A DNA stretch of 35,972 bases from a virus (taxonomy: Duplodnaviria; Caudoviricetes). Under the pieces are notes generated by a model. That model worked only from the letters and a program-made list of their open reading frames with translations, made no database searches and had not been told where the DNA came from. The position numbers were made by a program, and so were the translations under genes. Positions 17,469 through 27,646 of the stretch are shown here, one piece after another (positions within the stretch are counted from its first letter, which is position 1; each line of letters begins with the position of its first letter). The stretch is from positions 1 through 35,972 of IMG/VR virus record IMGVR_UViG_3300023053_000237; one strand, 5' to 3'.

Positions 17469-18443
17469 ATGCCAAGATTTGTATTAAATGATGAGAATGT
17501 TCGCAATTCTTATGGCTTTAAAATTCCCACAGCAGGTATTTATTTAGGAAGGTTTAATGCCAATCCTGTAATGCTTGACGGGCATTCCAATAGCAATGCA
17601 TCTGTAATTGGAAAATGGAAAGACCTTCAAGTAGATGGTGGCAATCTGTCTGCTGATACTGTTTTCAATCTTAAAGACCCAAATGCAAAAAGCATTTCTG
17701 ATAAGGTAGATGATGATTTTATAAAATCTGCCTCAATGGGTGTTTCCTTTAAAAAGGAAGACCTTAAAATGATTAACGGTGAGCTTACATTGACTAAATG
17801 CGAATTGTTAGAAGCTTCAATTGTTGCTATTCCAAGTAATGCCAATGCATTAAGATTATATGTAGATGGTGAAGTAATGAAAGAATTTGATGTACAGACA
17901 CTTTGCCTTTCTGTGGCTCAGAATGCGCCCGAAATCCTTCCAAAACAACAACAAACAAACGAAAATAAAATGGTTTTAAAACTTTCACAATTAGCATTTA
18001 TAGCTCTTGGTTTCTCGCAAAGCACAACAGAAGCGAGCGAAACCGAAATTAACACCGCTGTTTTAGCACTTCAAAACGCTAAAACCGAAGCTGAAAACAA
18101 GGCAAAAGCAGCCGAATTAAAACTTTCAGCTTTAGAAGATAAAGCAAAAGCAGAGCAATTGGCACTTTCTACAAAATTGGTAGATGATGCGATTGCATCA
18201 GGTCGTATCACCGCTGACAAAAAACAAGACTTCTTAGACCTCGCTGCCTCGAATTTCGATTTGGCAAAAACAACCATCGAATCTATTCCGGCTAAAAAAA
18301 ATCTGAGCACGGAAGTAAAAAATTCCAAAGTCGGTCTTGAGGCTATCACAAAAATGGAAGACTTCCAAAAATTAAGCTTAGAAGATCAGATTTCTTTAAA
18401 AGAGAATCACCCAGAAAATTACCAATTAATCTTAAAATCATAA
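17469..18443 (+). CDS. Prohead protease-scaffold; probable internal scaffold start at 17970
   Basis: NPVML.GH, IGKW, ASMG and LLEASIV.IPSN.NA protease motifs, then an Ala/Lys-rich coiled coil. Confidence 0.85.
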   Translation: MPRFVLNDENVRNSYGFKIPTAGIYLGRFNANPVMLDGHSNSNASVIGKWKDLQVDGGNLSADTVFNLKDPNAKSISDKVDDDFIKSASMGVSFKKEDLKMINGELTLTKCELLEASIVAIPSNANALRLYVDGEVMKEFDVQTLCLSVAQNAPEILPKQQQTNENKMVLKLSQLAFIALGFSQSTTEASETEINTAVLALQNAKTEAENKAKAAELKLSALEDKAKAEQLALSTKLVDDAIASGRITADKKQDFLDLAASNFDLAKTTIESIPAKKNLSTEVKNSKVGLEAITKMEDFQKLSLEDQISLKENHPENYQLILKS

Positions 18444-18449
18444 AATAAT

Positions 18450-19376
18450 ATGCCTACAAATTTTCCTGAGATTTGGCTTAAAAGAGTCATTGAGAACCTA
18501 TCCCGAAATGTTGCCGCAACCTTTTTAGAAGGTATTGCCGATTTGGATGTTGATGTAGTAACCATCAATGAGGGTAAACTGTCGGAGAAAAACAAAATGT
18601 ATGTCGCTGCAACCGACTTTGAAGTTGATGTATTAATCAATAATAATACTTATGAATTGGATGTACAAAACTATGACGATGATACCATCGAAATTACTTT
18701 GGACAAATACCAAACTTTGCCTACAGGTGTATCTGATGATGATACTACAGGTTCATCATATAGTAAAATTGACACTGTTACCAAAGCTCATAACAATGGG
18801 ATTTTAGCAAAAAAATATCGAAAAGCAATTCACTCTATTGCACCGTTGGAAGATACGGCAACAACTCCGGTTATTGAAGCAACGGGTTTAAGAGCTGGAG
18901 AAACCGATCCTTTAATGGATGGAACGAGAAAACGTCTTGTTTATGATGATCTTGTAAATGCTAAATCTAAAGCCGACAAAGCAGGTTTCAGTATTGAAGG
19001 CAGAAGATTGGTTTTGTGTGACAATCACTGGAATGATTTGCTTTTAGATCGTAAAAACTTCGGGGATCAGTTAGTTAATTATGCTCTTGGGAAACCAAAT
19101 CCTGTAATTGCCGGATGGGAATTACACCGCTATTCAGGTATGCCAATGTATGGAACAGATAAAAAGAAAAAAGCTTTTGATGCTGTTTCTGTAACAGGTG
19201 ATGTAGAAGCGTCTGTATTTTTCAACGTAGACAATATTGCAAAGAAAACAGGAGATACAAAACAATATTTCTCGTCAGCAGCTACAGCACCTCGTACACA
19301 ATCAAACGAACTTTCTTACAGACATTATTACGTTGTAACTCCATTCCAAAAAAAGAAAATCGGAGCAATCATTTAA
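18450..19376 (+). CDS. Major capsid protein
   Basis: 308 aa directly after the protease; PEIW N-terminus and GRRLVL...DLL motif. Confidence 0.75.
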   Translation: MPTNFPEIWLKRVIENLSRNVAATFLEGIADLDVDVVTINEGKLSEKNKMYVAATDFEVDVLINNNTYELDVQNYDDDTIEITLDKYQTLPTGVSDDDTTGSSYSKIDTVTKAHNNGILAKKYRKAIHSIAPLEDTATTPVIEATGLRAGETDPLMDGTRKRLVYDDLVNAKSKADKAGFSIEGRRLVLCDNHWNDLLLDRKNFGDQLVNYALGKPNPVIAGWELHRYSGMPMYGTDKKKKAFDAVSVTGDVEASVFFNVDNIAKKTGDTKQYFSSAATAPRTQSNELSYRHYYVVTPFQKKKIGAII

Positions 19377-19386
19377 TTAAATCATT

Positions 19387-19842
19387 ATGAAACTATCAGA
19401 AAAAGCCCTTCAAATCGCACTTACACAAAATGGCAAACAAGAAAATCCGCCCGGATCAAATTGGGGTGAACCTGTCAAAACTTACCTATCAAGTGTAGGA
19501 ATCGGTTTTCCTGCTGCATGGTGTATGGCATTTGTCTATTGGTGTTTTTCCGAAGCTTCAAAAAGTTTAAAAGTACCAAATACTGCAATAAAAACAGGAG
19601 GTGTTCTCGCCGCTTGGAATAAAGCAGATAAAAAAATAAAATCTTCAAACCCTGCCATCGGTTATGTGTTTATCATGGACTTTGGAAAGGGAAACGGTCA
19701 CACCGGTCTCGTTGAAAATTTCGACACCCAATACATATACACGATAGAAGGAAATACCAATGACGCCGGTAGCCGTGAAGGAATAAAAGTATTAAGAAAA
19801 AAACGCCTTAGAAGTACAATTAAAGGCTATTTAAACTACTGA
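19387..19842 (+). CDS. CHAP-domain endolysin
   Basis: AWCMAFVYW, GHTGLV and TIEGNTN catalytic motifs. Confidence 0.88.
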   Translation: MKLSEKALQIALTQNGKQENPPGSNWGEPVKTYLSSVGIGFPAAWCMAFVYWCFSEASKSLKVPNTAIKTGGVLAAWNKADKKIKSSNPAIGYVFIMDFGKGNGHTGLVENFDTQYIYTIEGNTNDAGSREGIKVLRKKRLRSTIKGYLNY

Positions 19843-19845
19843 AAA

Positions 19846-20346
19846 ATGAAAATTATTTCTGTCATAATTTGTTTTTTATTAATGTCATTGGCTTTGGTTT
19901 CCTGTATTAGCAGGAAGCCATCACAGCCGGTGGTTATTGAAAACACCAAAACAATTACAGAAGTCGTAAAAGATACGATCTATAAAATTGAAGCCGACAG
20001 CTCATTTTATAATGCGTACGTGAATTGTGTAAATGGCAAGCCTGTTTTAATCACCAATGAAATACCTGGTCTTGGCACAAAAACACTATTAAAACCAAAA
20101 CCCGGAAAATATTTAAATGTTCCTAAAGTCAACTTACAAAACGGTTTACTCACAGTTAATTGCGAAGCTGAAGCACAGGAACTGTTTAAACAATGGCGGG
20201 AAAAATACATAAACGAAAAATCCAAAGAATCTACAACGGTTTATGTTGAAAAGCCCTTAAAATGGTTTCAAGAGATACTCATGTACATCGGCATTCTCTT
20301 CTTGGGCTTTTGCGCCATCGCAATTATTCTAAAAATCAAAAATTAA
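19846..20346 (+). CDS. Putative unimolecular spanin
   Basis: N-terminal lipoprotein signal (LVSC) plus a C-terminal TM helix; follows the endolysin. Confidence 0.65.
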   Translation: MKIISVIICFLLMSLALVSCISRKPSQPVVIENTKTITEVVKDTIYKIEADSSFYNAYVNCVNGKPVLITNEIPGLGTKTLLKPKPGKYLNVPKVNLQNGLLTVNCEAEAQELFKQWREKYINEKSKESTTVYVEKPLKWFQEILMYIGILFLGFCAIAIILKIKN

Positions 20347-20363
20347 CACTAAAAATCAAAACA

Positions 20364-20834
20364 ATGGATCAAATTTTTAAAGACAACCCGAAGGTTGATA
20401 TTTACTATAAAACATCTGACGACACGCCTTTTTTCTCTAAAAATGCAGCTCAGAATCACGCCAAAACTTTAGAGCAAAAAAACATTGAAACAATTGTCAG
20501 AGGCTCTGTGAAAAATTCAGAAGAGAAAAATTTAAAAGTAGTGGTTGATACATCTACACTTGATATTAAAAGTATCGTGAATGATGTACTTACTGATAAA
20601 GGATTGTTAAACAATTCTGATGAACTAAAAACTAAAGTTCAGGAAGTTGTAGAAAAAGGAGCTGAAGGTTTGCAAGTTCAAAACGATGAGCAAAAATTAA
20701 CACCTAAACAACAATTACAGGCAGACTACGAGAAAAAATTTGGCGTCGTTCCAGCTGAGGAATTTACAAAAGCTCAACTTTCAGAAGCTATTGAAAAAGA
20801 TGAGCCATTGATTTCTGAACTTAAAATTGATTAA
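20364..20834 (+). CDS. Hypothetical virion-region protein
   Basis: ATG 20364 in an A-rich context; YYKTSD..PFF..NAA.NHAKTL motif. Confidence 0.65.
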   Translation: MDQIFKDNPKVDIYYKTSDDTPFFSKNAAQNHAKTLEQKNIETIVRGSVKNSEEKNLKVVVDTSTLDIKSIVNDVLTDKGLLNNSDELKTKVQEVVEKGAEGLQVQNDEQKLTPKQQLQADYEKKFGVVPAEEFTKAQLSEAIEKDEPLISELKID

Positions 20835-20836
20835 TA

Positions 20837-22018
20837 ATGAACGGAGTAAAATTTATCAGAGGCAATGGCGGTCTTTCCCGACAATTATCGGGCAGCGATC
20901 ACATTTCCGGAATGATCGTCTATGGTGAAAGTGATGTTGCTCAGGCATTAGTCCTTTCCATAGAAGATTTAGATAATAATGATATTACGGCAGTTTCAAA
21001 CCCTGTTTTACATTATCATGTATCTGAGTTTTTCAGAATCAATCCGGGTGCGAAATTATACATTCAGTCAGTTGAAGAATCAGACGGAGTTTTTGCGGAA
21101 GTAAAAACATTACAAAATTTTGCAGGTGGTGATTTACGTCAGGTTGCAGTTTGTGACTTTACAACACCCGTTTCAACACTTGTAGCAAGATTGGCAACTC
21201 TTAACCAAATTGCTGTCGATTTAGGGAATCTGAATGTTCCGTTGAGCTTTTTGTATTCTGTAAAGGTTGCCACATTGGATATTGCCTCGCTTCCAACCTT
21301 GCACACTCAAAATGCTGATCGTGTAACCGTAATTATTGGACAGGATGCCGGAGGACGTGGAAAATATTTATCAGAAACAAATCCTTCATTGACTTGTATT
21401 GGTGCTGCATTAGGTGCAGTTTCAAAAGCAATGGTGCATGAGTCGATTGCATGGGTTGAAAAACAAAACCTTGTATCAACAGCATATCCAAAGAGTTTAA
21501 CAGGAAGTGTAGAAATGGCGAGAGAAATGGATGTTACCGGATTGTGTGACGGTTCATTATACAGTGAATATACACCACAGCAATTACAGGCTATTTCAGA
21601 CAAAGGTTACGTTTTCGGAGTGAAATACACAGGAAATGCAGGAACATATTTTAACGATAGTTTCACAGCAACCACACTTGAAAGTGATTATGCTTATCTC
21701 GAAAACAACAGAACCATCGACAAAAGTATTCGTGGAATCTACAAAGCATTGCTTCCGAAAATTTCTGCACCTGCTTATGTTGATCCTGATACCGGGTATT
21801 TAGATGTTTCAACGGTCAGCTCATTGGAGGCTTTGTGTGATGATGTTTTAGATCAGATGCTCAGAGACGGTGAAATCAGTGGTTATAAAAACTATATAAA
21901 CCCCAATCAGCAAATTTTAAGAAACTCCAATCTTGAGGTGGTTACCAAATTAGTTCCAGTAGGTACACTAAGGGAAATTATAGTAAAAATCAGTTTAACC
22001 TTACAAATTAATCAATAA
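20837..22018 (+). CDS. Tail sheath protein (DUF2586-like)
   Basis: YHVSEFFR.NP, G.YFND, DYAYLENNRTIDK and C-terminal VPVG..REI.V motifs. Confidence 0.85.
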   Translation: MNGVKFIRGNGGLSRQLSGSDHISGMIVYGESDVAQALVLSIEDLDNNDITAVSNPVLHYHVSEFFRINPGAKLYIQSVEESDGVFAEVKTLQNFAGGDLRQVAVCDFTTPVSTLVARLATLNQIAVDLGNLNVPLSFLYSVKVATLDIASLPTLHTQNADRVTVIIGQDAGGRGKYLSETNPSLTCIGAALGAVSKAMVHESIAWVEKQNLVSTAYPKSLTGSVEMAREMDVTGLCDGSLYSEYTPQQLQAISDKGYVFGVKYTGNAGTYFNDSFTATTLESDYAYLENNRTIDKSIRGIYKALLPKISAPAYVDPDTGYLDVSTVSSLEALCDDVLDQMLRDGEISGYKNYINPNQQILRNSNLEVVTKLVPVGTLREIIVKISLTLQINQ

Positions 22019-22452
22019 TGGGTTTAGAATTAGAACCGCTAATTAATGGGCGGGAATACGGGTGGGCAGATATTATCGTAAACATCGGCGGTGTTCCTGT
22101 AACAGGAATCAGAGCCATAAAGTACGATGAAGAAATGGAGAAAGAAAATATCTACGGTGCGGGCAGAAATCCGGTAAGTCGTGGATATGGTAGAGTAAAA
22201 TCAACCGCTTCAATTACACTTCTTTCGGGTACTGTAATGGCTTTAAGAGCAAAAGCTCCAAAAGGTCAACTGTTCAGAATTGCACCTTTTTCAATTACTA
22301 TAAGTTATCAACCGGAAGCCGGGCCAATTGTGACACACATTTTAAAAAATGCTGAGTTCAAAAAATCAATATTCGACTGGAAAGAAGGTGATATGAGCAA
22401 AGAGATTGAATTGGAATTAATCATTTCTCATATCGTAGACAAATCAATTTAA
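22018..22452 (+). CDS. Tail tube protein
   Basis: 144 aa after the sheath; INGREY.WADI...IYGAG..P motif. Confidence 0.8.
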   Translation: MGLELEPLINGREYGWADIIVNIGGVPVTGIRAIKYDEEMEKENIYGAGRNPVSRGYGRVKSTASITLLSGTVMALRAKAPKGQLFRIAPFSITISYQPEAGPIVTHILKNAEFKKSIFDWKEGDMSKEIELELIISHIVDKSI

Positions 22453-22462
22453 TAAACAAAAA

Positions 22463-22810
22463 ATGGAAAAACAAGAAATTAACTTAGATAAAATCACTGA
22501 AAATATTTGCGGCTTAAATGATGCAGAACTTGCCGAATTAAAAGAAAAACATGGTTTCCTGATTGTAGGAACAATTTCGCAGGGAGAATCGCAATATCAT
22601 GCAATTTTTAAAGAACCTTCTTTTAAAACTTTAGAAGCTACAGGCTCTATTGCCAAAAACAGCGAGATTAAAGGCACTAAGGCACTTTATGACAACTGCA
22701 TCGTTAAAGCAGATCCGGAAATTGAAGAAAGAGATTTTCTGAAATTAAAATCTGTCGAATGTGTGGCAAACCACATGAATAGTTTCTCTACTTCCGTAAA
22801 AAACTTGTAA
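22463..22810 (+). CDS. Tail assembly chaperone (lambda gpG-like)
   Basis: Between tube and tape measure genes; ends in a slippery site. Confidence 0.75.
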   Translation: MEKQEINLDKITENICGLNDAELAELKEKHGFLIVGTISQGESQYHAIFKEPSFKTLEATGSIAKNSEIKGTKALYDNCIVKADPEIEERDFLKLKSVECVANHMNSFSTSVKNL

Positions 22811-23010
22811 GCTCGTTAAATGACGAGCATTCCGAAAACGAACGCTGGAAAGCAGATGCGTTGATACGTTCTAATTTTAGCGTTGATCCTGAAAAATTAC
22901 AATTAAGTGAATGGAGTAAATTAAACGCTCAGGCGCAATGGCTTGAGAAATGGAGGCTTGAAAATCAAGCGGAATTACTTTCTTCTTTGATTGAATCAGC
23001 TTTCGGCTAA
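22798..23010 (+). CDS. -1 frameshift extension of the tail chaperone (gpGT-like)
   Basis: A-AAA-AAC at 22798-22804, hairpin GCTCGT/ACGAGC at 22811-22828, and a -1 frame open to TAA 23010 with no ATG of its own. Confidence 0.8.
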   Translation, partial: KKLVSSLNDEHSENERWKADALIRSNFSVDPEKLQLSEWSKLNAQAQWLEKWRLENQAELLSSLIESAFG

Positions 23011-23165
23011 TTATCATTTTTGATTCTCTTAGCAAAATTCATTACAGCAATAAACATCCATACTGCTAAGCAAATTCCAAATAAAAGCGGATTGATTAAA
23101 GAAATCAATATGCTGATTAAAAACAGCCATCCTAAACGGGTGATCTTCTTACCAAAAATTATCAT
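23007..23165 (-). CDS. Small antisense membrane protein (52 aa), moron-like
   Basis: MIIFGKKITRLGWLFLISILISLINPLLFGICLAVWMFIAVMNFAKRIKNDN; fills the gap exactly; promoter-like GTTG-N20-TAACTTCG upstream. Confidence 0.65.
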   Translation of the reverse strand: MIIFGKKITRLGWLFLISILISLINPLLFGICLAVWMFIAVMNFAKRIKNDN

Positions 23166-23194
23166 TTCCAAAGACTTTTAAACGAAGTTACTCA

Positions 23195-25564
23195 ATGTCA
23201 ACAAATACTGCAACATATAACATCAATTTTTCTACCAACGGTGGACAAATTTTCCCACAAATCAATCTTGGTTTGGATGGTGTTAATGATGCGGTTGGTA
23301 GAACTACGAGGGCTTTTGGTGACTGTTATAAAGCTTTATTGTCTGTCAATCTTGCAGCTGAAGGTATCAATTCTTTGAAGCGTCAGATGGATGATCTGAT
23401 TGCACCAGGTGTAAAATTAAATACGAACATGGCTGAACTTTCAGCCATTACAGGAGTTACTGGTCAAGGGTTGAAAGATATCGAAATGGCTGCAAGAAGT
23501 ACAGCCAAAACATTTGGTACTGATGTTTCCCAAAATGTCGAGTCATACAAACTCATTTTATCACAATTAAGCCCTGAAATCGCTCAAAGCGCTGAAGCAA
23601 TGAAAATGATGGGTGAAAATTCAAACATCCTTTCAAAGCAGATGGGCGGTGATACTGTAGCTGCTACGAATGTTCTTACCACCTCGATGAATCAATTTGG
23701 CGTGAGCACAAAAGACCCAATCGCAGCGGCTAAGATCATGGCGGATATGATGAATGTAATGTCGGCAGGTGCGCAGGAAGGTTCTGCGGAATTGCCACAA
23801 ATTCAATCAGCTTTAGAACAGGTCGGGATGGTGGCAAAAACAACAGGTCTTTCATTTGTTGAAACCAACTCACAAATTCAGCTATTGGATAAAGCAGGAA
23901 AAAAAGGAAGTGAAGGCGGTATTGCTTTGAGAAACGTTTTGACAACTTTATCTGAAGGACGTTTTGCTTCTAAAGATGCAACCGCAGGATTAGCAGCTGC
24001 GGGAATCAGCACCGAGTATTTGGCAAATGCTTCTATACCATTAACAGACCGATTAAGAACGCTAAGAAAGATTCAAGGTGATACCGCATTAATGACTAAG
24101 GTTTTCGGAAAAGAAAACATGGCTGCGGGTATTGCAATGATTCAGGGAGCGGACGGAGCAGACGAAATGGCAAAAAAAATGGTTGATACCAATTCGGCAG
24201 CGGATCAGGCTACTGTTATTATGGGCACTTATCAGGAAAAAATGAATCGTGCGAAAGCAATTATTGACGATTATAAAATTTCCATATTTAATGCTACTGA
24301 AGCTTATCTACCATATATTCAACATACAATTACCGCCATTAATGGTGCTGCTGAGTTAGCCAATTCTATAACAGCTATAAAATCCGTTTTGGAAGCTTTT
24401 TTTCCGAGACTTTTTGCAAGTACAGCCGCTACAGAAGCTAATACAGTGGCAGAAGCCCAAAATACTACTACAAGAGGTGTTGGGGCTTTTGTGAACCGTA
24501 TTTATGCTTCTACAGTTACAGCAATTGGAAATGCTTATTTACGGGCAACTTTAGCAGTTAATGCATTTTCCTTATCAATTATGAATATCCCAGTTATCGG
24601 TTGGATTATCGCAGGTATTGTGGTTTTAATTGCTGCTATTAAACTATTGTGGGATCACTCAAGAAAGTTTCGTGAAATTCTCTTCGGAGTTTGGGAAGCC
24701 GGAAAAGCAGTCTTTTACAACATTGGTGTTTTCGTAACCCGTCTTTGGAATTTGGTGTTAAAGCCGATAGCTATGTTTATTTTCAATATTTACAAATCGA
24801 TTTTTCTTTCAGTATGGGAAGTTGTAAAGGTCGTTGTGAGTGGTATTGCAGATAATATTTCTTGGGTTTGGACTTCCATTATAAAACCTGTTGCTGAGTT
24901 TATTTACAACGCTTTTATTAATTCTTTTATCCAAATATGGAACACCGTTAAAACAGTTTTTAACTGGGTTGTCGGGATCATTTCCAAAGTTTGGAACTGG
25001 CTAAAAAATTTACTTGGAAGTTTTGGGGTGTGGATTGCGGAAACCATCATCAACCCTATTCGTGATGCGTTTAGTGGTGTTTGGAAATGGATTGTTGAAT
25101 TACTCGATAAAGTTATGAATAAACTGCAAGGTGTTTTAAAACCGATTAAGGATTTATGGAATAAGTTGTTTTCCGGTGAGGGGATGAAAAATGTATCTGT
25201 TGCATATAAGGAAGGTGCTTTAAAAGGAGGTGCAAGCTTTGATAAAGATCAGGCTGAAAAAAATAAAAAAGACGAGAAAACAGAAATTCCCAAAGACGAC
25301 AGTCACAAATCAATTTTCGATGTTGCAAAAGGTAGCCCGATGAAGCAAACAACATTCGGAGATGAAGCCGCAAAAAAGACTAAGAAGAAAAAAGACGGTG
25401 ACGGTGATTCAGGAAATAAAGTTCGTAACCTGAATATTACCAAACTCGTAGAAAACCTGAATATCTATAACCAAAACGGTACTACCATGAGTAAAGAATC
25501 TATCAAACAAATGGTACAGGAAGCATTATTAACAGCGTCTGCCGATTTTACACTTGCAGAATAA
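23195..25564 (+). CDS. Tail tape measure protein
   Basis: 789 aa, Ala-rich TP901-like core (GKKGSEGGIALRNVL) and Trp/Phe-periodic repeats. Confidence 0.92.
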   Translation: MSTNTATYNINFSTNGGQIFPQINLGLDGVNDAVGRTTRAFGDCYKALLSVNLAAEGINSLKRQMDDLIAPGVKLNTNMAELSAITGVTGQGLKDIEMAARSTAKTFGTDVSQNVESYKLILSQLSPEIAQSAEAMKMMGENSNILSKQMGGDTVAATNVLTTSMNQFGVSTKDPIAAAKIMADMMNVMSAGAQEGSAELPQIQSALEQVGMVAKTTGLSFVETNSQIQLLDKAGKKGSEGGIALRNVLTTLSEGRFASKDATAGLAAAGISTEYLANASIPLTDRLRTLRKIQGDTALMTKVFGKENMAAGIAMIQGADGADEMAKKMVDTNSAADQATVIMGTYQEKMNRAKAIIDDYKISIFNATEAYLPYIQHTITAINGAAELANSITAIKSVLEAFFPRLFASTAATEANTVAEAQNTTTRGVGAFVNRIYASTVTAIGNAYLRATLAVNAFSLSIMNIPVIGWIIAGIVVLIAAIKLLWDHSRKFREILFGVWEAGKAVFYNIGVFVTRLWNLVLKPIAMFIFNIYKSIFLSVWEVVKVVVSGIADNISWVWTSIIKPVAEFIYNAFINSFIQIWNTVKTVFNWVVGIISKVWNWLKNLLGSFGVWIAETIINPIRDAFSGVWKWIVELLDKVMNKLQGVLKPIKDLWNKLFSGEGMKNVSVAYKEGALKGGASFDKDQAEKNKKDEKTEIPKDDSHKSIFDVAKGSPMKQTTFGDEAAKKTKKKKDGDGDSGNKVRNLNITKLVENLNIYNQNGTTMSKESIKQMVQEALLTASADFTLAE

Positions 25565-26205
25565 TGGAAATTATAAAATACAGTTTTCCGAACACTGAAC
25601 AATTGGCAAGAGGTACAGCGGTTAATTTGGCTTTCCGTTACGGAATGCAGACGGCAAAACCTTTTAGTGTATCTGATACCATCGGAAATGAAGGAAACCC
25701 CGAATTCCAAAGCCTGAAAGATTTAGAAGGACAAAGTTGGTTAACATCATTATTTCTACGCTATACAGATGAGGTGAGTAAAATTATAACTGAGTTTGAA
25801 TTTATAGAATGTATCATAACAGTTACTCAGGAAAAAAACATTGTAAGCACCGCTTTGCAGGGAAGAAATGGAACAATTAAAGAATATATTTCTGATGGTG
25901 ATTATTCCATAACAGTTGATGCCGGGATAAACAATTATACTGAGGGTGATGATACAGGTGCAAGTCTGGAATATCCTATTGATAAAGTTAAAGAGCTTCA
26001 GAAAATTTTAAAACTTCCTGAAACTCTTGAGGTACAGTCAGACTTTTTAAAAGTATTTAAAATTGATTCTGCCGTAGTTAAAAGTTTTTATTTAACACAG
26101 GAAACCCACAGTAACAGACAATCTATACAAATGATTTTATTAAGTGATGAACCTTATGAAATCAGATTAAAAACAGAGGAAAAAGATGTTAAAGTTACGC
26201 AGTGA
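25564..26205 (+). CDS. Tail tube initiator-like protein (DUF6046-like)
   Basis: KNIV.T.LQGRNGTIKEYI..GDY motif directly after the tape measure gene. Confidence 0.7.
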   Translation: MEIIKYSFPNTEQLARGTAVNLAFRYGMQTAKPFSVSDTIGNEGNPEFQSLKDLEGQSWLTSLFLRYTDEVSKIITEFEFIECIITVTQEKNIVSTALQGRNGTIKEYISDGDYSITVDAGINNYTEGDDTGASLEYPIDKVKELQKILKLPETLEVQSDFLKVFKIDSAVVKSFYLTQETHSNRQSIQMILLSDEPYEIRLKTEEKDVKVTQ

Positions 26206-27166
26206 AATTACAATTGAAGGCGATAAAACTTGGCGGTTTAATGCTTTATCTGAATGCCAAATAATTGAAGATATTTCAAATCTTACAGATACGTGTGAGT
26301 TAAAACTCCCAAAAAAAATTAAGTGGGAGCAGGCTGTAACAAAAGACGGGAAACCACCGGTAAAAAGAGGTGATAAAATCACAGTTAAATTAGGATATGA
26401 CAAAGATTTACAAGTAAGATTTACCGGATATGTGCGCAGCGTAGATGCTAAAGTACCCATCACCATTAAATGTGAAGATGGAATGTTTTTACTCAAAACG
26501 CAAAAGGCAAAACCTAAAGCTTTTAAAAATGCTTCCCTAAATGATATTTTAAAACACCTTTTGGAAGGAACTGGGATAAAATTCGAGTTGATCGACAAAA
26601 CAATGATGGTAGGCAACTGGAGAATAACAAAATCAACCGTTGCTGAAGAATTGCAGGAACTGAAAGAAAAACAAATGCTTTCGTCTTATTTCCGAAGAAT
26701 TAATAATCAAAGTGTTTTGTATGTCGGTTTAGCTTATCCGGCAGACAACAGAAAAAAAGTAAAAATAATGTACGGTAAAAATCTCATCACAGAAGATTTT
26801 GAATACCGTGACAAAGCCGATATACGGGCTAAGGTTGAAGCGCAAACTTTCAACGCTAAACATAAAAAAACAGAGATTGAAATCGGTGATAAAGACGGTG
26901 ATGTTTTAAAAATAAGAATCGATGGTATTACCGAAAATGAATTAAAAAAATATGCTCAACAGGCATTAGACAGATACAAACAAAGCGGATTTAAAGGAAG
27001 CTTTGAAACTTTCGGACAGCCTGAAATATATAAATGTGATATGATAGATATTACAGCAAGTGACGGGAATAGCGGGGTTTATTTGGTTAAAAAGAATGAA
27101 ACCACTTTCGGAATGTCGGGGTACAGACAAAAAGTTGAATTAGGGCAACCGTTAAGTTTAAAATAA
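26186..27166 (+). CDS. Baseplate hub (P2 gpD / Mu gpP-like)
   Basis: LTDTC.L.LP, GD.ITVKLGY, F.GYV, I.CED and G.F.TFG.P motifs. Confidence 0.8.
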   Translation: MLKLRSEITIEGDKTWRFNALSECQIIEDISNLTDTCELKLPKKIKWEQAVTKDGKPPVKRGDKITVKLGYDKDLQVRFTGYVRSVDAKVPITIKCEDGMFLLKTQKAKPKAFKNASLNDILKHLLEGTGIKFELIDKTMMVGNWRITKSTVAEELQELKEKQMLSSYFRRINNQSVLYVGLAYPADNRKKVKIMYGKNLITEDFEYRDKADIRAKVEAQTFNAKHKKTEIEIGDKDGDVLKIRIDGITENELKKYAQQALDRYKQSGFKGSFETFGQPEIYKCDMIDITASDGNSGVYLVKKNETTFGMSGYRQKVELGQPLSLK

Positions 27167-27639
27167 TGAAAGAAATCATTCAAAAATTAGCGAGTAACGG
27201 TGACGAGATTTACGCAAAAATTTGCGAGGTTATTTCTGTTGATGAAGATAACAAAACGGCTGATTTAAAACCTTTAGACGGAAGTTCAGATATTTTTGAT
27301 GCTTACCTGGTAACGGATGATGAAAACGGAAGCTTGTATTTAGAGCCGAAAATAGGATCATTGGTTTGTGTGGTTTTTGTTACCAAAACAATAGCGGTGG
27401 TTGTAAATCCTTCCGAGCTTTTAAAGTTCAGGCTTAAAATATCAGGTGTAGAAATGAGCATTGATAAAGATGGTTTTTTGCTAAAAAAAGAAAATGAAAC
27501 GCTAAAAAAATTAATGGCTGATTTTATAACGGCTTGCCGAAATATGGTATTTCAAACCAACTCAGGTATTACGATAGAATTATTGACAGATGTTGAGTTT
27601 AAAGACCTTCAAACACGATTTAATAACTTTTTAAAATAG
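27166..27639 (+). CDS. Baseplate spike (gpV-like)
   Basis: OB-fold-like start with P.IGS.V.V motif; follows the hub gene. Confidence 0.65.
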   Translation: MKEIIQKLASNGDEIYAKICEVISVDEDNKTADLKPLDGSSDIFDAYLVTDDENGSLYLEPKIGSLVCVVFVTKTIAVVVNPSELLKFRLKISGVEMSIDKDGFLLKKENETLKKLMADFITACRNMVFQTNSGITIELLTDVEFKDLQTRFNNFLK

Positions 27640-27646
27640 TTTTAAA

